From Mobula hypostoma (Eukaryota), in the NCBI RefSeq assembly GCF_963921235.1, contig NC_086097.1:101992001-102056000 (forward strand): a DNA stretch of 64,000 nt, in the 5' to 3' direction. Under the pieces are notes generated by a model. The model was given only the letters and a program-made list of their open reading frames with translations. It had not been told where the DNA came from and searched no databases. Shown here in pieces: positions 60,436 through 64,000 of the stretch. Positions within the stretch are counted from its first letter, which is position 1. Every line of letters begins with the position of its first letter. The position numbers were made by a program, and so were the translations under genes.

Positions 60436-61748
60436 TGAGCCTCTCCTAAGTTTCTCGACACCTCTCCCTTCTTAGTGGCCCAGGGGCCCTCTCCCCTCGG
60501 CGCATCTCGTCTCTCACAATCCTTCCGCAAGTGGCCAGCTTCCCCACAGCAGTAGCACGCCCCCGGCCACTCACATTCCCGGCGGAAATGCCCCTCTCTC
60601 CCACAGTTATAGCACCCACTACTCGCCGCCTCTCTCCTCCCGATACGGCCCCCTGGAGACCCTTTGGATTTCTCTGGTCTCACCCCGACTACCACCTCCT
60701 GAACCGCTGAAGACCGTCCCTGAGGGTCCGAGCCCCCTGCTCGGCCCAAAGCACACTCCTCGGCCCGTACCTCTCGGATCAGCTGTCCGAATGATGGAGG
60801 GGGGCTCTGCTTAAATGACTGCCGTACACTCCAAGCCACCCTGTCATCCTCCCGGGAACCGCTACATATCTGGCTCATCCTTAACTCCGCCACTTCGTCC
60901 TCCTTCACTACCCCTCGTCGAAGCAACCCCGTAAGCTTTCCTTCCAGCCTGAAAGCATAGTCTGAGAACTTTTCCCCTCTTCTCTGCCCCACCTGTTGAA
61001 ACTCCGCTAAATGCCGCCAGGGACCCCCTGACAGTCCAAACACTTCCTCCAAAGCGTCCAAACACTCCGATAGGGAAGCCAAGGGATGTGCCGCTCTCAG
61101 ATCACGGACCACCCAGGCCGCCCCGCCCCTTAAGCTTTCCACCAATTGCTGTCTCTTTTCCTCATCCGAAACTGGCCACACCTCTAACAATTGGGATGTA
61201 TCTTCAACCCAGGTATCATAGTCATCCTCCCCTTCTGGGGTGGGCTTGGCTCCCGAGAAAATTCTCAGCTTCGGGCGGTGCCCCTCAACCCTTCTTGCCA
61301 GGGAGGTAATGGCAGCCGTTAACTCGGCAGTCTCATCCTGCCCATGGGGGCCGGGCCTGGCCAAACCTTCCCACTCCACACCTCCACCCCTGGCTACTGG
61401 CACCTCCCTTGGGGCCTCATCTAGCTCCTCCTCCTCCGGCAGCTCCTCACTTGCGTCCTCGGGGAGGGTATGGAGACCCCACGGCCCCGCCTCCCCCGGG
61501 GCATGGACTGTCGCTGGTAGTTCCAACGTCATGACGTTGGCACTCGTCCGCACCAACATCCAGCTAGACGCCGGTTCTTTCCCACCCCTTCTAGCTACAA
61601 GTTCTACCTGCCCGATACCTTTAATCCAACTCAACCCTCGCACCAGCACCTCTGCCGGAATGCGATAATTGACCCCGCTTACCACACACGCATGATTCAC
61701 CGGTACCTCCTCCAATTCACACCAACTTACAATCTTATCTCGATCCAT
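60432..61748 (-). CDS. Intact PNMA/Ma-like Gag with two CCHC knuckles
   Basis: SWCELEEVPVNHACVVSGV, GEAGPW, KLRIFSGAKPTPEGEDDYDTW, VSDEEKRQQLVESLRGGA, CLDALEEVFG, CYNCGREGHFRREC and CYCCGEAGHLRKDC. Confidence 0.9.
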   Translation of the reverse strand: MDRDKIVSWCELEEVPVNHACVVSGVNYRIPAEVLVRGLSWIKGIGQVELVARRGGKEPASSWMLVRTSANVMTLELPATVHAPGEAGPWGLHTLPEDASEELPEEEELDEAPREVPVARGGGVEWEGLARPGPHGQDETAELTAAITSLARRVEGHRPKLRIFSGAKPTPEGEDDYDTWVEDTSQLLEVWPVSDEEKRQQLVESLRGGAAWVVRDLRAAHPLASLSECLDALEEVFGLSGGPWRHLAEFQQVGQRRGEKFSDYAFRLEGKLTGLLRRGVVKEDEVAELRMSQICSGSREDDRVAWSVRQSFKQSPPPSFGQLIREVRAEECALGRAGGSDPQGRSSAVQEVVVGVRPEKSKGSPGGRIGRREAASSGCYNCGREGHFRRECEWPGACYCCGEAGHLRKDCERRDAPRGEGPWATKKGEVSRNLGEAQ

Positions 61749-63631
61749 CTTCACACCACTTACCACAACGACAAGTACAACTTTCCCGAGAAGTCCAAAT
61801 CCAGGACGGTAGCCCCCACTTGTAACGTTCAGTTATATTGGCTCATGTATGTCTAGGGGAAATCCAGCCCAGCACATGCCTCAACACTCCCCACAGGGTC
61901 GGTTGCCGCCTGAATCAATCACAAACATCAATCATCAGCCAGCACACCCAGTAAATTTTAACAAATACACTTTATAGATATTACTAATTCTATGACATTA
62001 ATATACATTTGATACAGAGAGGAAAGTAATGAAAAAAAAGGCGCCAACACTTATCAAAGTCCAAGTTCTTTGCGCGCTATGTTGGAGCTCAATTCGACTT
62101 CAGACGACCACCCAAATTCCGTCGACTCACAGCTCGGGACCACCCTGAGTGATCGACCGGAGCCTCTCCACACGTCCGCGGTCTTCCTCGTCTCTCCTCC
62201 GACTCCCCACCAAAACTCAGTCCACAGTCATATCATACAGCATGGTATCCGAAAACAAAATGATACATAACCACCCATTCGCTAATAGAACCCTGTTATC
62301 TCATTTTAAAGTAAAACAAACTGTTAGCGCAAACTCTCTTCAGCGTTAAAGCACAACAAAGCCGCATTCCCCAGATTAACATAACAAAGTCGCCATTTTA
62401 AATGTAACAAAAGAAAGACCCCGTACAGTTGTGACCAGGTAAGATCCTCAGAGACCCTGACACACAGGAACTTGAAACTGCTCACTCTCTCCACTTCTGA
62501 TCCCTCTATGAGGATTGGTGTGTGTTCCTTCATCTTACCCTTCCTCAAGTTCACAATCAGCTCTTTCGTCTTACTGACATTGCGTGCAAGGTTGATGCTG
62601 TGACACCACTCCACTAGTTGGCATATCTCGTTCCTGTACGCCCTTTCATCTCCATCTGAGATTTTACCAACAATGGTTGTATCATCAGCAAATTTATAGA
62701 TGCTATTTGAGCTATACCTAGCCACACAGTCATGGGTATTTAGAGAGTAGAGCAATGGGCTAAGCACACACCCCTGAGGTGCACCAGTGTTGATCGCTAG
62801 CGAGGATATGTTATCACCAATCTGCACAGATTGTGATCTTCCAGTAGGAAGTTGAGGATCCAATTGCAGAGGGAGGTACAGAGGTCCAGGTTCTGTAACG
62901 TCTCAATCAGGATTGTGGGAATGTTGGTATTAAATGTTGAGCTATAGTCGATGAACATCATCCTGACATAGGTGTTTGTGTTGTCCAGGTGGTCTAAAGC
63001 CGCGTGAAGAACCATTGAGATTGCATCTGCAGTTGACCTATTGTGACAGTAGGCAAATTGCAATGGGTCCAGGTCCTGCTGAGGCAGGAGTTCAGTCTAG
63101 TCATGATCAACTTCTCAAAGCATTTCATAACTGTAGATGTGAGTGCTCGCAGGTGATAGTCATAAAGGCAGCTCACATTATTCTTCTTAGGCAGTGGTAT
63201 AATTGTTGCTTTTTTGAAGCAAATGGGAACTTCTGCTCGTAGCAGTGAGAGGTTGAAAATGTCCTTGAATGCTCCCGCCATTTAGTTGGCACAGGTTTTC
63301 AGAGCCTTACCGGGTACTCCATTGGGACCTTCTGCCTTGCAAGGGTTCACTGTCTTTAAAGACAGTCTAACATCGGCCTCTGAGACATAGATTTCAGGGT
63401 TATCAGGTGCAGCAGGGATCTTCACAGCTGAAGTTAAAAGCAGGCATAGAAGGCATTGAGTTCATCTGGTAGTTAGGGTGTTTCAGGACGTGATAGAGTG
63501 AGAGGGATTAAAGAGGGAGAGGTGGCGTTACTAATCGGGAAAATGTCTTGGCAGTGCTCCATCGGTACAGACTGGAGAACTTGTCTAGTGAGGCATTATG
63601 GATGGAACAGTAATAAGAGAGGTATTACCAC

Positions 63632-64000
63632 GTTAATGCAATTTAATGTGGATAAATGTGAAGTTATCCACTTTGGTGGTAAAAATAGGAAAACAGATTA
63701 TTATCTGAAAGGTGGCTGATTAGGAAAAGGGGAGGTGCAACGAGACCTGGATGTCATTATACACCAGTCATTGAAAGTGGGCATGCAGGTACAGCAGGCG
63801 GTGAAAAAGGCGAATGGTATGCTGGCATTTATAGCGAGAGGATTCGAGTACAGGAGCAGGGAGGTACTACTGCAGTTGTACAAGGCCTTGGTGAGACCAC
63901 ACCTGGAGTATTGTGTGCAGTTTTGGTCCCCTAATCTGAGGAAAGACATCTTTGCCTTAGAGGGAGTACAAAGAAGGTTCACCAGATTGATTCCTGGGAT
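63632..64000 (+). mobile_element. CR1 RT C-terminal fragment running off the window
   Basis: MQFNVDKCEVIHFG...LYKALVRPHLEYCVQFWSP. Confidence 0.85.

Larger units (their letters stand above)
55072..62427 (-). mobile_element. Full-length Gypsy LTR retrotransposon with PNMA-type gag and decayed pol
   Basis: 607-bp LTRs at 55072-55678 and 61821-62427 (about 20 differences by eye), TSD GTTG, PBS TGGGGGCTACCGTCCTGGAT and PPT GGGGGGGGAGAG. Confidence 0.95.
53635..63470 (-). mobile_element. Rex1/Babar-type LINE split by a solo LTR and a Gypsy element
   Basis: ALTSTVMKCFEKL, QFAY...RSTADAI, GAPQGCVLSPLLYSL and KFADDTTIVG. Pieces lie at 62432-63470, 54848-55067 and 53635-54022. Confidence 0.85.

Noticed and set aside
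50589..64000. DNAL1 exon 5
   Set aside because: No segment encoding the next leucine-rich repeat with splice sites was found by eye; it probably lies beyond the window.

Overview
Vertebrate genomic DNA, most likely a cartilaginous fish such as a ray. This is inferred from the HE1/V-SINE, CR1 and Penelope repeat content. The window holds the promoter and first four coding exons of DNAL1 (dynein axonemal light chain 1, + strand: 3672-3674, 3760-3798, 24509-24618, 50533-50588). Its introns are inflated by deeply nested transposons. These include an apparently intact full-length L1 (37820-43734) and a very young Gmr1/SCAN-type LTR element (44529-49310) whose single 943-aa ORF keeps Gag and protease but only in-frame shards of integrase, RT and RNase H. 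A Gypsy element (55072-62427) has a PNMA-type Gag and a candidate -1 frameshift pseudoknot. A Helitron deletion derivative (32212-34574) fuses STPR-like repeats to a Pif1 helicase. There are also two palindromic Penelope-derived inserts carrying minimal hammerhead ribozyme cores, a Tigger derivative with an internal ~230-bp hairpin, a solo LTR, and many CR1, Rex1, RTE and SINE fragments. No prokaryotic features, rRNA, true tRNA or CRISPR arrays were seen. Family assignments rest on motifs read by eye; no database search was run.
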